Positions 9,575 through 18,208 of a stretch of 41,778 nt of DNA are shown piece after piece; positions within the stretch are counted from its first letter, which is position 1, and the number at the start of each line of letters is the position of its first letter. Made by a program: the position numbers and the translations under genes. This DNA comes from an uncultured Ideonella sp. GTDB lineage: Bacteria > Pseudomonadota > Gammaproteobacteria > Burkholderiales > Burkholderiaceae_C. The notes beneath the pieces were generated by a model that was not told the DNA's origin, did not search any database, and saw only the letters and a program-made list of their open reading frames with translations. The stretch covers positions 1 to 41,778 of the forward strand of contig CAYJEC010000001.1 of assembly GCA_964369025.1 (NCBI GenBank), written 5' to 3'.

Positions 9575-10341
9575 TGAAAGTGAATTAAATTACTGTTTTT
9601 AAACTCCCCGAACTCTTGACAATTAGAAAGGTACTTACTTAAATCACATTCTTTCATAGCATTATATCTTTCTCCTTTCGCCTCTAACCTACTTTTTAAA
9701 TGTTCGTAGTTATCTTTTGCCCATTTTACCCAACCTTCATTAGTTGCTCCACGATCTGACGGGTTATCTACTAATTTTAAATACTGATTGAAGTAAACAA
9801 GTTCCTTAATGTCATTATAAACATTAGACTTAAACTCATCTGTAGAATCTTTTTCAGTATCTGCCATTTGAAATAAGACTGAAGGGCAAAGGTTCCTATC
9901 CCCTATCACCTCCTCATGTATGCGTCCTGACCACTGTAACCGGCCTTTATGATATAGCCTAGTCCATTGGTGAGGGTCGGTAGCATGGTTAAAGTTAAAG
10001 CAGTTATAGTTCCCTTTTAAAAGTTCTATCTTCATGTTTGCCTCTACCACTTCTGAAACATTCATATACAAAATTAAATCATTTTTGGCAAAACTAGCAA
10101 TATTATTTAAAGTATGTCCAAATCCATGTTCAAAAATGAAGTTGAAAGGTAAGGGGATAGTGCGGTAAGGTGTGCCGGTGTTTGCATAGATTGAGTTTAT
10201 CTCTTTGCTATCCTCTTGGAACACGCATAGGTCACCTACTACCACATCATTGACAAGTCCTTCAAAGGAACTGAGGACATTGTCTACCGTTCTTTTTAAG
10301 GCTATCGGGTTGCCTTGTGTCATTGTTATGAGGGTTATCAT
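9571..10341 (-). CDS. Glycosyltransferase-like protein (GT2-related)
   Basis: ITLITMT, VVVGDL and the 'WSGRIHEEV' motif of GT2 family members; the canonical DxD is degenerate. Confidence 0.6.
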   Translation of the reverse strand: MITLITMTQGNPIALKRTVDNVLSSFEGLVNDVVVGDLCVFQEDSKEINSIYANTGTPYRTIPLPFNFIFEHGFGHTLNNIASFAKNDLILYMNVSEVVEANMKIELLKGNYNCFNFNHATDPHQWTRLYHKGRLQWSGRIHEEVIGDRNLCPSVLFQMADTEKDSTDEFKSNVYNDIKELVYFNQYLKLVDNPSDRGATNEGWVKWAKDNYEHLKSRLEAKGERYNAMKECDLSKYLSNCQEFGEFKNSNLIHFQ

Positions 10342-10925
10342 GGCTTTTTATATACTTGTACGTTTCTGTTAAAGTGTCCGTCTACTACAAATCCTTTTGA
10401 TTCCATCATTTGCTTTAACCCTTCGTGTGACCACACACAATGGTGACCAGCCAACGGATTAATATAATCGTCTGCTAAGGTTAACCAATCAGTAAAAGAA
10501 GTCTCTATCATTATCTTTGCACCTGAGTTCATAGAGTTAAAGATTAAATCCATTTCCTCAAAAGGTTCATGCAGGTGTTCTATTACCTCTACCATTGTTA
10601 CCATGTCATAACCTGAAAGTAACTCTGAATACATATGGTTGAACTTGTCGTACCCATAGGCACTTATCCCGTTCTCTCTAAGGAACTGAACTAACATTCC
10701 ATTCCCACAACCAAAGTCTAAAAGATTCCCGCCTTCAGGTAGTAACTGTTTTATCCTTTCTAATCTAATAGGGTTTTCAAGGGTGTTTCTTCCCTCCTCA
10801 TGGCCTCCCCCTATCATATTGGATTGGTCAATAGGTTCACAAAATATGACCCCGTTATCGTCTTGCCAGTACTCTGACATCTTTTTTAATCCTAATGATT
10901 TGTGTTTGTTTAATTTGAATGACAT
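10338..10925 (-). CDS. Class I SAM-dependent methyltransferase
   Basis: LLDFGCGNG (motif I), EVIEHL, HHCVWS. Confidence 0.85.
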   Translation of the reverse strand: MSFKLNKHKSLGLKKMSEYWQDDNGVIFCEPIDQSNMIGGGHEEGRNTLENPIRLERIKQLLPEGGNLLDFGCGNGMLVQFLRENGISAYGYDKFNHMYSELLSGYDMVTMVEVIEHLHEPFEEMDLIFNSMNSGAKIMIETSFTDWLTLADDYINPLAGHHCVWSHEGLKQMMESKGFVVDGHFNRNVQVYKKP

Positions 10926-10952
10926 ATTTATTTTGTTTGTTGTTGCGGTTTT

Positions 10953-11783
10953 TCAGCATCCCGAATGTGAATCGGTAGCCCTTGTTTGGGTTGCACTATT
11001 ATTCTTACTTTCGCCATTCAATGACAAATATAAGCATTTTTTGAATTGTGTATCATTATGGGTTACATAATATTCTCCCCCCTGGGGGATAACATTCGGA
11101 GCGTGTACGAATTGTTCTAATATCCTTTTTACTTTTAACTGTTCTGCAATAGCAAAGGCCATTGACTGACCTCCTATGAATAGCCTACACCCTGCAATGT
11201 ACTGAGCCATTTCATAAAAGTCTTTTACCTTTAAATGTTTAATGTTTGGATTGTGGATTGTAAGCTGAGTAAACTCCTTTTCAGTTCCGACAAAGTGAAC
11301 ATTAGGCAAGTCCATTAAAACTGAATAGTCTACCATTAAGTTATTATACCGGCTGGTTCTGTTTACTATTATCATATCATTTTTGATCGGTTCAACTGTA
11401 ATTGACTTTTCAAATAGGTTAGGCCTTAATTCAGGATAACTATTCCCATACCACAAAGCAATATTACCACTCGATAGATTACGGTAGTCCTTTCTGAACT
11501 TGTCAAGGTCATAATCTATTATAGGAGTGGATTCATTGTTTACCGCTATGACATTTTTAATGTAGGGTTGGTTATCTAAAAGAGGATATAGCATATCATA
11601 CATAGCTTGATTCATCATTACATTGCCTAAAGGGTGTTGTTCTGAAGTGAAGTTGCTAGATACATTAAGCCTAATAAATAAAGTCGCTACTGAGTTTCTG
11701 TCAGCGCAAATCTGTTTAATTGAGGGTAACGCATAGATAGCGTCGCCTGCGTTTCCACTGTGAGCGAAAGTTATTGTTTCCAT
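10953..11783 (-). CDS. GT-B glycosyltransferase (GT9/heptosyltransferase-like)
   Basis: HSGNAGDAIYALP and IAGCRLFIGGQSMAFAIAE motifs. Confidence 0.7.
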   Translation of the reverse strand: METITFAHSGNAGDAIYALPSIKQICADRNSVATLFIRLNVSSNFTSEQHPLGNVMMNQAMYDMLYPLLDNQPYIKNVIAVNNESTPIIDYDLDKFRKDYRNLSSGNIALWYGNSYPELRPNLFEKSITVEPIKNDMIIVNRTSRYNNLMVDYSVLMDLPNVHFVGTEKEFTQLTIHNPNIKHLKVKDFYEMAQYIAGCRLFIGGQSMAFAIAEQLKVKRILEQFVHAPNVIPQGGEYYVTHNDTQFKKCLYLSLNGESKNNSATQTRATDSHSGC

Positions 11784-11980
11784 ATTTGATACATTGTTTT
11801 GTAATAGGTTATATTATCCCCTCCGCAGGTCTTACAGTACTTTACTATCTCGTTGTTCTGTCTTCTTACCTCGTCTATCCTTGCTCTATGTTTAACGTGC
11901 AAAGTAGTAGTAGTAAGGTAGTGTTCATACTCCTCCATAGCAGGGGTTAAAAACTCTTTTTGTTCAGGGGTTAAGACCAT
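11771..11980 (-). CDS. Small CxxC protein
   Basis: 69 aa, YCKTCGG. Confidence 0.6.
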   Translation of the reverse strand: MVLTPEQKEFLTPAMEEYEHYLTTTTLHVKHRARIDEVRRQNNEIVKYCKTCGGDNITYYKTMYQIWKQ

Positions 11981-12186
11981 AAATATTTACTTACTAATCT
12001 AGCACAAAGATAAGGCAATAAAGCATATAGATAGTTATGGAGTATTAGGGCGGTGCTTATCCCTAGCCAAAGAGATAAGCAGACCCCGCAACTAAAAGGC
12101 CTCATTGGTTTCTCAAATATCTCCATATATCCGTGTTCAATGGCATAGGACAGACCTACTATCCATAAGACTAAGTATAGATTCAT
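11971..12186 (-). CDS. Small membrane protein with CxxC (DUF1360-like)
   Basis: RPFSCGVCLSLW between hydrophobic segments. Confidence 0.6.
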   Translation of the reverse strand: MNLYLVLWIVGLSYAIEHGYMEIFEKPMRPFSCGVCLSLWLGISTALILHNYLYALLPYLCARLVSKYLWS

Positions 12187-12377
12187 AACTTTTTAATTTC
12201 GCCCTTTAATTTTTCTATTCTACTTGCACACAATTCAATAATTTCTTTTTCATCTTCTTTATCGCCTAGTTTTACATCTTGATAAGGTGAACAATTAGTG
12301 AAAGCACTTATTAAATTATTATATCTACTTATTCGGTAGTGAAGTGATTGTGCTTTATTATATATTTCGTCTTCCAT
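12183..12377 (-). CDS. Hypothetical protein
   Basis: 64-aa ORF tightly packed between neighbours. Confidence 0.5.
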   Translation of the reverse strand: MEDEIYNKAQSLHYRISRYNNLISAFTNCSPYQDVKLGDKEDEKEIIELCASRIEKLKGEIKKL

Positions 12378-12378
12378 A

Positions 12379-13443
12379 TTATTTATTGATTAAATTTATT
12401 ATTGATTCGTACCTTAATTGATTTACTTTCTTTATGTCATAATATTCCCGAACATATCCGTTTAATGCTTTGCCCATCATTTGACCCTTTTTAGGATTCT
12501 TAATTAAATCTTTGATTCTATTTGTCCAGCCATCACTTGTATAGACTAAGCCATGACTTATAAACTCTTTGTAGGGTTCTACATTTGAACAGATAATAGG
12601 CAAACTGAATGCACCTGCCTCGAGGACTTTTAAGTTTGATTTGCACCTAGTGAATAAATCATCATACAAAGGGGCTAACATTAAATCACAATGGTTATAC
12701 CCATAAGCATAGTTATAAATATCTAACTCCTCAACTTTCAGAAAATGATTCTCCGGTAGTTTGCCTCCACTTGTAAAGATAGTAGTGATGTAATCCCAAT
12801 ACTTCTTAGATTCACCTTTCTTTGAATAACCCTCTACTAAAAGATTATAGTTCTTTTGACCTAGTAATTTGAATAAAGGGTTGTAAAGTAGTTCTACGTC
12901 TTTGTGGTGGTTTGCCCCTGCTATATACCCTATCGTATAACGGTCTTTCTTTTGCTTGTCAGGAGTGAACTGAGGTTGGTTAAAGTCAATAGCATTAGAT
13001 ACATATTGAAATTTATGTCCTATTATATCTCCATAGTCTTTCTCTAATTTACATTGTAAAAACTCACTTGCGCACCATACCAAATCAGCAAGCTGGATTG
13101 TTTCTTTTATCCTATCCTCTATTATTGGGGTATCAAAACCATCATTACCCATATGCCAGTCAGGCAATTCAATCCAATCGTCTAAGTCTAAAATGATTTT
13201 AACCCCTGCATCTTTTGCCCTTTTTAAGTAGTTTTCAGGTTGTTTGCTTAACCGGTTTAAAACAATAATGTCGTAAATAGTGGGCGGGTGTTCATAAGTA
13301 AATCCATTCTGAACTGTTATCTGTAAATCTTTATGGTCAGTACCTAAGTTTGAAAAAGGTATCTCTAAGCGGTGATAGTCCACCCCTGAAGTATTCTTAG
13401 AATCGAATAAAACACAGACTTTAATCATGATTCTTGCGCCCAT
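12379..13443 (-). CDS. Glycosyltransferase family 4 (GT-B)
   Basis: SGVDYHRLEIPF, DLDDW, KSNLKVLEAGAFSLPIICSNVEPY. Confidence 0.85.
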   Translation of the reverse strand: MGARIMIKVCVLFDSKNTSGVDYHRLEIPFSNLGTDHKDLQITVQNGFTYEHPPTIYDIIVLNRLSKQPENYLKRAKDAGVKIILDLDDWIELPDWHMGNDGFDTPIIEDRIKETIQLADLVWCASEFLQCKLEKDYGDIIGHKFQYVSNAIDFNQPQFTPDKQKKDRYTIGYIAGANHHKDVELLYNPLFKLLGQKNYNLLVEGYSKKGESKKYWDYITTIFTSGGKLPENHFLKVEELDIYNYAYGYNHCDLMLAPLYDDLFTRCKSNLKVLEAGAFSLPIICSNVEPYKEFISHGLVYTSDGWTNRIKDLIKNPKKGQMMGKALNGYVREYYDIKKVNQLRYESIINLINK

Positions 13444-13955
13444 TGGTTAAGATACGTTTTATATTCTTTGAGTGCATAACGAACGGAGAAGTAAGGTATG
13501 CCAACTGCCCTCGATAGTTCCTTTGTGTTTTTATATTTAGTTCTTTCAATAGCCAATTTTGCATGGTAAAAGTGTGGGTTCTTTTGATTAAGTGAATCCT
13601 GAAGGACTTTGTTTGAGATTGTTTCTCCTATTACTATATCGTCTGTATCTTGACTTATCACATTTAGTTCTAAATGATTCTCAATACTGACATAAACAAT
13701 TCCGTTGTTGAACTTTTTATTAAATGATCGGTTACGGTTGTAATGATGAGGGTCTGTTTGAAACCTCATTATCTGAAGTGACCAGGGGAGCAAATATCCT
13801 TTTTCTATTATGTTCATTAATTTATCTTTTGGGTATTCTAAAAGTATCAATATCACTTCACTTCTAAGGTCTTCTGAATTTTCTTTGCCGTATTTAATGC
13901 ACATAGAACGGTATAATTTATTCTCATATAATTCAGATATTGCCTTGTCTATCAT
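13425..13955 (-). CDS. Sigma-70/ECF-like transcription factor (probable late activator)
   Basis: Region-2-like 'SEDLRSEVILILLE' and C-terminal HTH 'TKELSRAVGIPYFSVRYALK'; located after ninG, ahead of the late genes. Confidence 0.6.
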   Translation of the reverse strand: MIDKAISELYENKLYRSMCIKYGKENSEDLRSEVILILLEYPKDKLMNIIEKGYLLPWSLQIMRFQTDPHHYNRNRSFNKKFNNGIVYVSIENHLELNVISQDTDDIVIGETISNKVLQDSLNQKNPHFYHAKLAIERTKYKNTKELSRAVGIPYFSVRYALKEYKTYLNQWAQES

Positions 13956-14013
13956 TTCCTAATACTTTGAGGGTAGTGGTCTTTACCTTTTGTTATTAAT
14001 CTTTCTCGCCTCA

Positions 14014-14226
14014 TTATTTAATCTTTGGTTGGCTCAACAATGAATTATAAAAATATTTCCAATAATCATTCCCTTGAATAGAACATTCCCATATAAATGC
14101 AGACCGTAATGCATCAAATTTGTTTAGTACTAAATTATTATGAAGCGCAGGATTGGTGTTCTCAATTGACTGAGTCCTGTATGGCTCTGGCAATTTTTCT
14201 AAATGTGATATTATTGTTCCTTTCAT
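14014..14226 (-). CDS. Hypothetical protein
   Basis: 70 aa, LPEPYRTQ...AFIWE..QG.DYW. Confidence 0.6.
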   Translation of the reverse strand: MKGTIISHLEKLPEPYRTQSIENTNPALHNNLVLNKFDALRSAFIWECSIQGNDYWKYFYNSLLSQPKIK

Positions 14227-14759
14227 TTCAATTGATTTAATTTTTGCTTATAGGTTGACTTTAGTTCGATAATGTCGGGAATTGACAGTTGCAAAGGTTG
14301 TCTTCTCTGACTTCCTAAATATGTATATCTTGACTCTCCGATTCGTTTTAATAAACCTATAGAGTATTCTTGAATATTGCCGTGGTTATGCTGATTGCAA
14401 TTGATACATTGACTATGACAGTTATCCTCATTGAATCTGAGATTAGGGTAAGCACCCACACTATAAAAATGTCCAGCATCTACTTTTCCAGTGATCGGTT
14501 TTAGGCATGAAATACACGGCTGACCCTTATCCCTTTCCCGAATGAATGAATTAAATATTACTTGCAATTCCTTTAAATGAACTGATTTTGTTTTTATCCC
14601 TTCTAACTTTGCCTTGTTTACTTTCCGGATAGACTTGTTATTTTGCTCTGAGGCATACTTTGAGGCACAATAGAACCCGCAAACACGTTGCAAAGAATTA
14701 GAGGGCTTAAACTCAACCTTACACACTCTACACGTTTTTTGTTTAATAGCAACAGTCAT
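14223..14759 (-). CDS. ninG: NinG/Rap recombination endonuclease
   Basis: CRVCK..F.P..SLQ.VC...C, FIRERD...CISC, DAGHF, LRFNEDNCHSQC..CN. Confidence 0.9.
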   Translation of the reverse strand: MTVAIKQKTCRVCKVEFKPSNSLQRVCGFYCASKYASEQNNKSIRKVNKAKLEGIKTKSVHLKELQVIFNSFIRERDKGQPCISCLKPITGKVDAGHFYSVGAYPNLRFNEDNCHSQCINCNQHNHGNIQEYSIGLLKRIGESRYTYLGSQRRQPLQLSIPDIIELKSTYKQKLNQLK

Positions 14760-14971
14760 ATCTTATTCTGTGAATGTTCATCATCTACGGGGAAACGGTC
14801 TGACCTTGATTCTCTAATTACCTTCATTACTTCATCTTGGTTAAATACAAGTTCTCCGTTTAACATTGTAAATACTTTAGTCTTTTTTGATTTCTTGATG
14901 AAAGACACCTCCCCCTCACTTGCTTTCTGAACATTTAAGTTCTTATCTGTTACTTGGATTGGTTTAGGCAT
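14756..14971 (-). CDS. Hypothetical protein
   Basis: 71-aa ORF with ATGA coupling to ninG. Confidence 0.55.
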   Translation of the reverse strand: MPKPIQVTDKNLNVQKASEGEVSFIKKSKKTKVFTMLNGELVFNQDEVMKVIRESRSDRFPVDDEHSQNKI

Positions 14972-15115
14972 GGCTAATATTGATAAAAGTTAGGTACTAT
15001 TAATCGGTTACAAAATGCTCTTTTAGACTTCTCATATGAGTGTTTGCAGATAAGATACCCGAATATCCTAAATGATTCTTGTTGCCTCAGTTTCTTTAAT
15101 ATTCTTTCGGTCATA

Positions 15116-15331
15116 TCAATTATCTGAAAATCTTACTTTCCTTCCTTCGTGACTTTCCCATTCGCCTAAATCGTATATAGTGACTTCTAAGTTAGTTTGA
15201 GATTGGGCAAATGACAGCATATCTACTGAGGTATAACAGTTGGCATCACGTTTGAAAACAACTCTAAGCACCCATAACAGAAAGGCAACTGCCAGGGATA
15301 GAATTACTATGATTATTATTGCTATGGTCAT
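15116..15331 (-). CDS. Small membrane-anchored protein
   Basis: N-terminal TM helix; TAAATTTG promoter element at 15342-15349. Confidence 0.55.
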   Translation of the reverse strand: MTIAIIIIVILSLAVAFLLWVLRVVFKRDANCYTSVDMLSFAQSQTNLEVTIYDLGEWESHEGRKVRFSDN

Positions 15332-15387
15332 AACTGTTTGACAAATTTACACTTTTTTTGATTTATTTTTACTTTTGGGGTGTTTTT

Positions 15388-15594
15388 TTAGTTTCGGTCT
15401 CTGTCTGAAATAAACCTAACATCCCCTTGTAAATACTTTATAGCATCCCATAAGTTATCTAAGGCTATCGTTCCTAATGGTAGCAAATTACCTTTCCCAT
15501 CTTTGACCCCTGATAAGTAAATTGCGATTGATACAAGAGATTGTGTGTCTATTTGTTTCCGTTCTTGTTGCGGTTGTTTATCTTTATTTTCCAT
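15388..15594 (-). CDS. Hypothetical protein
   Basis: 68-aa ORF in the early-gene array. Confidence 0.55.
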   Translation of the reverse strand: MENKDKQPQQERKQIDTQSLVSIAIYLSGVKDGKGNLLPLGTIALDNLWDAIKYLQGDVRFISDRDRN

Positions 15595-15624
15595 ATTCTT
15601 TTCCTTTAATTGGTTTAAACTTTA

Positions 15625-15858
15625 TTACTTTGGTTGTTCATAGGTATCGGTGAAGTAGGTTTCAAATGTCTCATGCTTAAATCCGATCATTGGGTGAGTT
15701 AGCCTTGATTCATTGAAAGTGCTAAAATGTTGCTGATATTCGAGTTCAAGGAGTTGCTCAACCCTATGCCTTATTGACCTTAAATCATTATCAATTTCAC
15801 CCTCTCTTGCTAATTCAATTATTTCAAGGACTTTTTGTACGGCTGTTTTCTCTTTCAT
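15625..15858 (-). CDS. Hypothetical protein
   Basis: 77 aa starting MKEKTAVQ. Confidence 0.6.
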   Translation of the reverse strand: MKEKTAVQKVLEIIELAREGEIDNDLRSIRHRVEQLLELEYQQHFSTFNESRLTHPMIGFKHETFETYFTDTYEQPK

Positions 15859-15980
15859 GGTGCGTATTTTTTAAGATATTGTTTACCTACATTGAGTGTA
15901 TTTACTCCATATCGAACAATTGCAGCAGCCATTATAACATTAGGTTGCTTTAGTAGTTTTTTAAATAGCTTCTCTTTCAT
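15855..15980 (-). CDS. Small hypothetical protein (41 aa); not in the ORF track
   Basis: MKEKLFKKLLKQPNVIMAAAIVRYGVNTLNVGKQYLKKYAP; ATGA overlap with the next gene. Confidence 0.45.
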   Translation of the reverse strand: MKEKLFKKLLKQPNVIMAAAIVRYGVNTLNVGKQYLKKYAP

Positions 15981-15989
15981 GGTGTGGGG

Positions 15990-16241
15990 TTATTTAACTT
16001 TTTTAAGTGTTTCTTCTGCTACAAGTGCCGAACATTCAGAATCCCATCCTATAGACGTTCTCTTACTAATAATCAATTTCATGCTATCGGTGAGTAAATT
16101 CTTTTCATCCTCCAACTCCTTAATCCTTTTTTGAATGTCGGAGGTATAAATATCCATACATTGAATGACTTGTTCGGTATCCATCAGTTCTCCATTTGGC
16201 TCAACTGAATTGATTATTTGCAGTTTTTTCTCGTTGCTCAT
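15990..16241 (-). CDS. Hypothetical protein
   Basis: 83 aa with a coiled-coil segment. Confidence 0.55.
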   Translation of the reverse strand: MSNEKKLQIINSVEPNGELMDTEQVIQCMDIYTSDIQKRIKELEDEKNLLTDSMKLIISKRTSIGWDSECSALVAEETLKKVK

Positions 16242-16264
16242 ATTATTGTTGGTTATTGTTTGAT

Positions 16265-16510
16265 TTACTGTTGTTCTATTGCTTTAATAACTCCCTTGTA
16301 GAAGGTGATGCGCTCATCTAACGAGCCTACAAAATTTACATCTCCATCATTATTCAATTCCAGTTCATAAATGATTGATTGACATTCTAAGATTGCACAT
16401 TGCTTGGCTCTTTTTATAAAGAACTCAAGTACATATTCCGATGAATTGTTGCACAATAAAACTAAATACTTGTCAACTATATACTTTGCTTTTTCTTCTT
16501 CTTTGGTCAT
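16265..16510 (-). CDS. Hypothetical protein
   Basis: 81 aa, EKAK.IVDKY...AKQCAI pattern. Confidence 0.6.
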   Translation of the reverse strand: MTKEEEKAKYIVDKYLVLLCNNSSEYVLEFFIKRAKQCAILECQSIIYELELNNDGDVNFVGSLDERITFYKGVIKAIEQQ

Positions 16511-16761
16511 GGCTTTAAAAGTTTAGGCTGAGTAATTGTAAACACTTTAACCTCTGAAATAAGGGCGTTACTTAAATTCAAAGTCTCTACGTATCGGACA
16601 GTTGAGGAGTCTATAACTATGAATTTAAAGCTAGATTCACTTTTGTAAATTTTGGAATTAGGAAATGCATCACGAACATTTTGTAAGCATTTGTCACTAT
16701 CCATTGCACCACCGCAACTGCTCAACACTATCAAGCAGATTGCTATTATTAATTTTTTCAT
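16507..16761 (-). CDS. Predicted lipoprotein
   Basis: Lipobox MKKLIIAICLIVLSS-C-GG. Confidence 0.65.
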   Translation of the reverse strand: MKKLIIAICLIVLSSCGGAMDSDKCLQNVRDAFPNSKIYKSESSFKFIVIDSSTVRYVETLNLSNALISEVKVFTITQPKLLKP

Positions 16762-16781
16762 TTTTAAATTGTTGTTTCTTT

Positions 16782-16937
16782 TTATTGATTTACTTCAAAT
16801 TGTTTCAAATATTCCTTTACTATCTCTTTTACTTTTGGCTCTTGACTTATTGGGCCTCGGATGGAATAGACCTTTGTTTCTTCATTGTACATTCTCTTTC
16901 GGCCGGAGCGTGGGGTCTTAGTCTTTTTTTGGGTCAT
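16782..16937 (-). CDS. Small DNA-binding (RHH-like) protein (51 aa); not in the ORF track
   Basis: MTQKKTKTPRSGRKRMYNEETKVYSIRGPISQEPKVKEIVKEYLKQFEVNQ; ATGA overlap with YopX copy 1. Confidence 0.55.
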   Translation of the reverse strand: MTQKKTKTPRSGRKRMYNEETKVYSIRGPISQEPKVKEIVKEYLKQFEVNQ

Positions 16938-17311
16938 TTTAAAAGGTCGCTATTTTCATGGATGTTGCCGATGATTTCAAGTTTATCCAAATAAGTACTT
17001 TCCCCGTCTCCTGACTGAGCGCAACTCATTATATCTCTGTAATACTTGCCGTTTAAAAAGTAAAAACAAGCCCCTTGATTATTCCATTTAGTTTCTGCAA
17101 TAAAAGTTCCTTCGTTTCTGTCAATGGACACTATATCACCTTCATAAATCTCTTTTCCGTTCTTATCCTTGAGGCCGGTGAATTGCATTACTTTATCAGT
17201 AGTTTCAGGTATTACATTTGATAGCCAACAAGCATTACCCCTCCTATTAACCCAATCAGGTGAAATCATTTGTTCCCCATCCCACGCTCTAAATTTAATT
17301 ACTCTGTTCAT
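16934..17311 (-). CDS. YopX family protein (copy 1)
   Basis: MNRVIKFRAWD...MQFTGLKDKNGKEIYEGDIV...EIIGNIHEN; TATCTTTG promoter element at 17332-17339. Confidence 0.9.
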   Translation of the reverse strand: MNRVIKFRAWDGEQMISPDWVNRRGNACWLSNVIPETTDKVMQFTGLKDKNGKEIYEGDIVSIDRNEGTFIAETKWNNQGACFYFLNGKYYRDIMSCAQSGDGESTYLDKLEIIGNIHENSDLLK

Positions 17312-17391
17312 ATTCTTTTAAATTGGTTCAGCAAAGATATTACTTTATTTTACTTTTGTATACTTTTGACTATTTATTTTTACCTTTTTTG

Positions 17392-17916
17392 TTAAGGTGT
17401 TGATTTACTTTTTATTAAAGTTTCTTCTATAAACCTTTCATGCTTTTCGTACTCTTGCCTGAACACCTTTTGAGTAGCAATTAAGTCCTGAACCATATTC
17501 AATGAATGAATCACAGTAGTGTGATCGTAGTTACCAATTGTGAACCCTAAGTTTTTAAGCGATTCACTACTATATTTGCGCATGAGTGTATAGTAGATAC
17601 CCCTCGCCTCGATTAAAGCCCTCTTACGGCATCTAGTACACAAATCAATACCATATACCCCCTCTATGTAATTCTTTAAAGACTGGGCAAAAGTTTCTGT
17701 ATCCTTGTTATCTTCAAAGTATTCTGTCTTAATCTGCTTTGTCAAGGCAATTATTTTCATATTCAATCTCTGTTCATTACTCTTTTTAAGGTGAACAATG
17801 TTGTCATACTTCTTTTTTAGGTCGTTATACTTCTTTGTAAGGATAGTTAAACGGTCTTCATAAGGCCTTACTTGGTTATACCCTGCTTTATTTATTCTTT
17901 CGTTTGCGGTTGTCAT
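17392..17916 (-). CDS. Protein with DnaA C-terminal (domain IV)-like HTH
   Basis: RKRALIEARGIYYTLMRKYS.ESL..LG..IG.YDHTTVIHS. Confidence 0.8.
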   Translation of the reverse strand: MTTANERINKAGYNQVRPYEDRLTILTKKYNDLKKKYDNIVHLKKSNEQRLNMKIIALTKQIKTEYFEDNKDTETFAQSLKNYIEGVYGIDLCTRCRKRALIEARGIYYTLMRKYSSESLKNLGFTIGNYDHTTVIHSLNMVQDLIATQKVFRQEYEKHERFIEETLIKSKSTP

Positions 17917-17920
17917 TTTA

Positions 17921-18163
17921 TCAATTGTTTAATGTATTTTCAGCTAATTCACATAACCATTTTTCAAGGTTTTTATATTCTTCTGTCCCTTGCTCATACT
18001 CACATTGCAGACCTCCGAAGTATCGGTATTGGCCTTTGAACTCCTCTTTTACAACTGTATCAGCGATAGTATAAGAAAAGTTAAAGTATCTGTTTTGTAT
18101 GAAAACTGTATTACTACCTAGTTTATCAATACGATATTTGTTTAGTATTTCTGCCTTTTTCAT
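17921..18163 (-). CDS. Hypothetical protein
   Basis: 80-aa ORF. Confidence 0.55.
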   Translation of the reverse strand: MKKAEILNKYRIDKLGSNTVFIQNRYFNFSYTIADTVVKEEFKGQYRYFGGLQCEYEQGTEEYKNLEKWLCELAENTLNN

Positions 18164-18208
18164 TTTATTTTATCATTTATGTATTTCTCTAATTCGTTTC
18201 GGGTGGAT

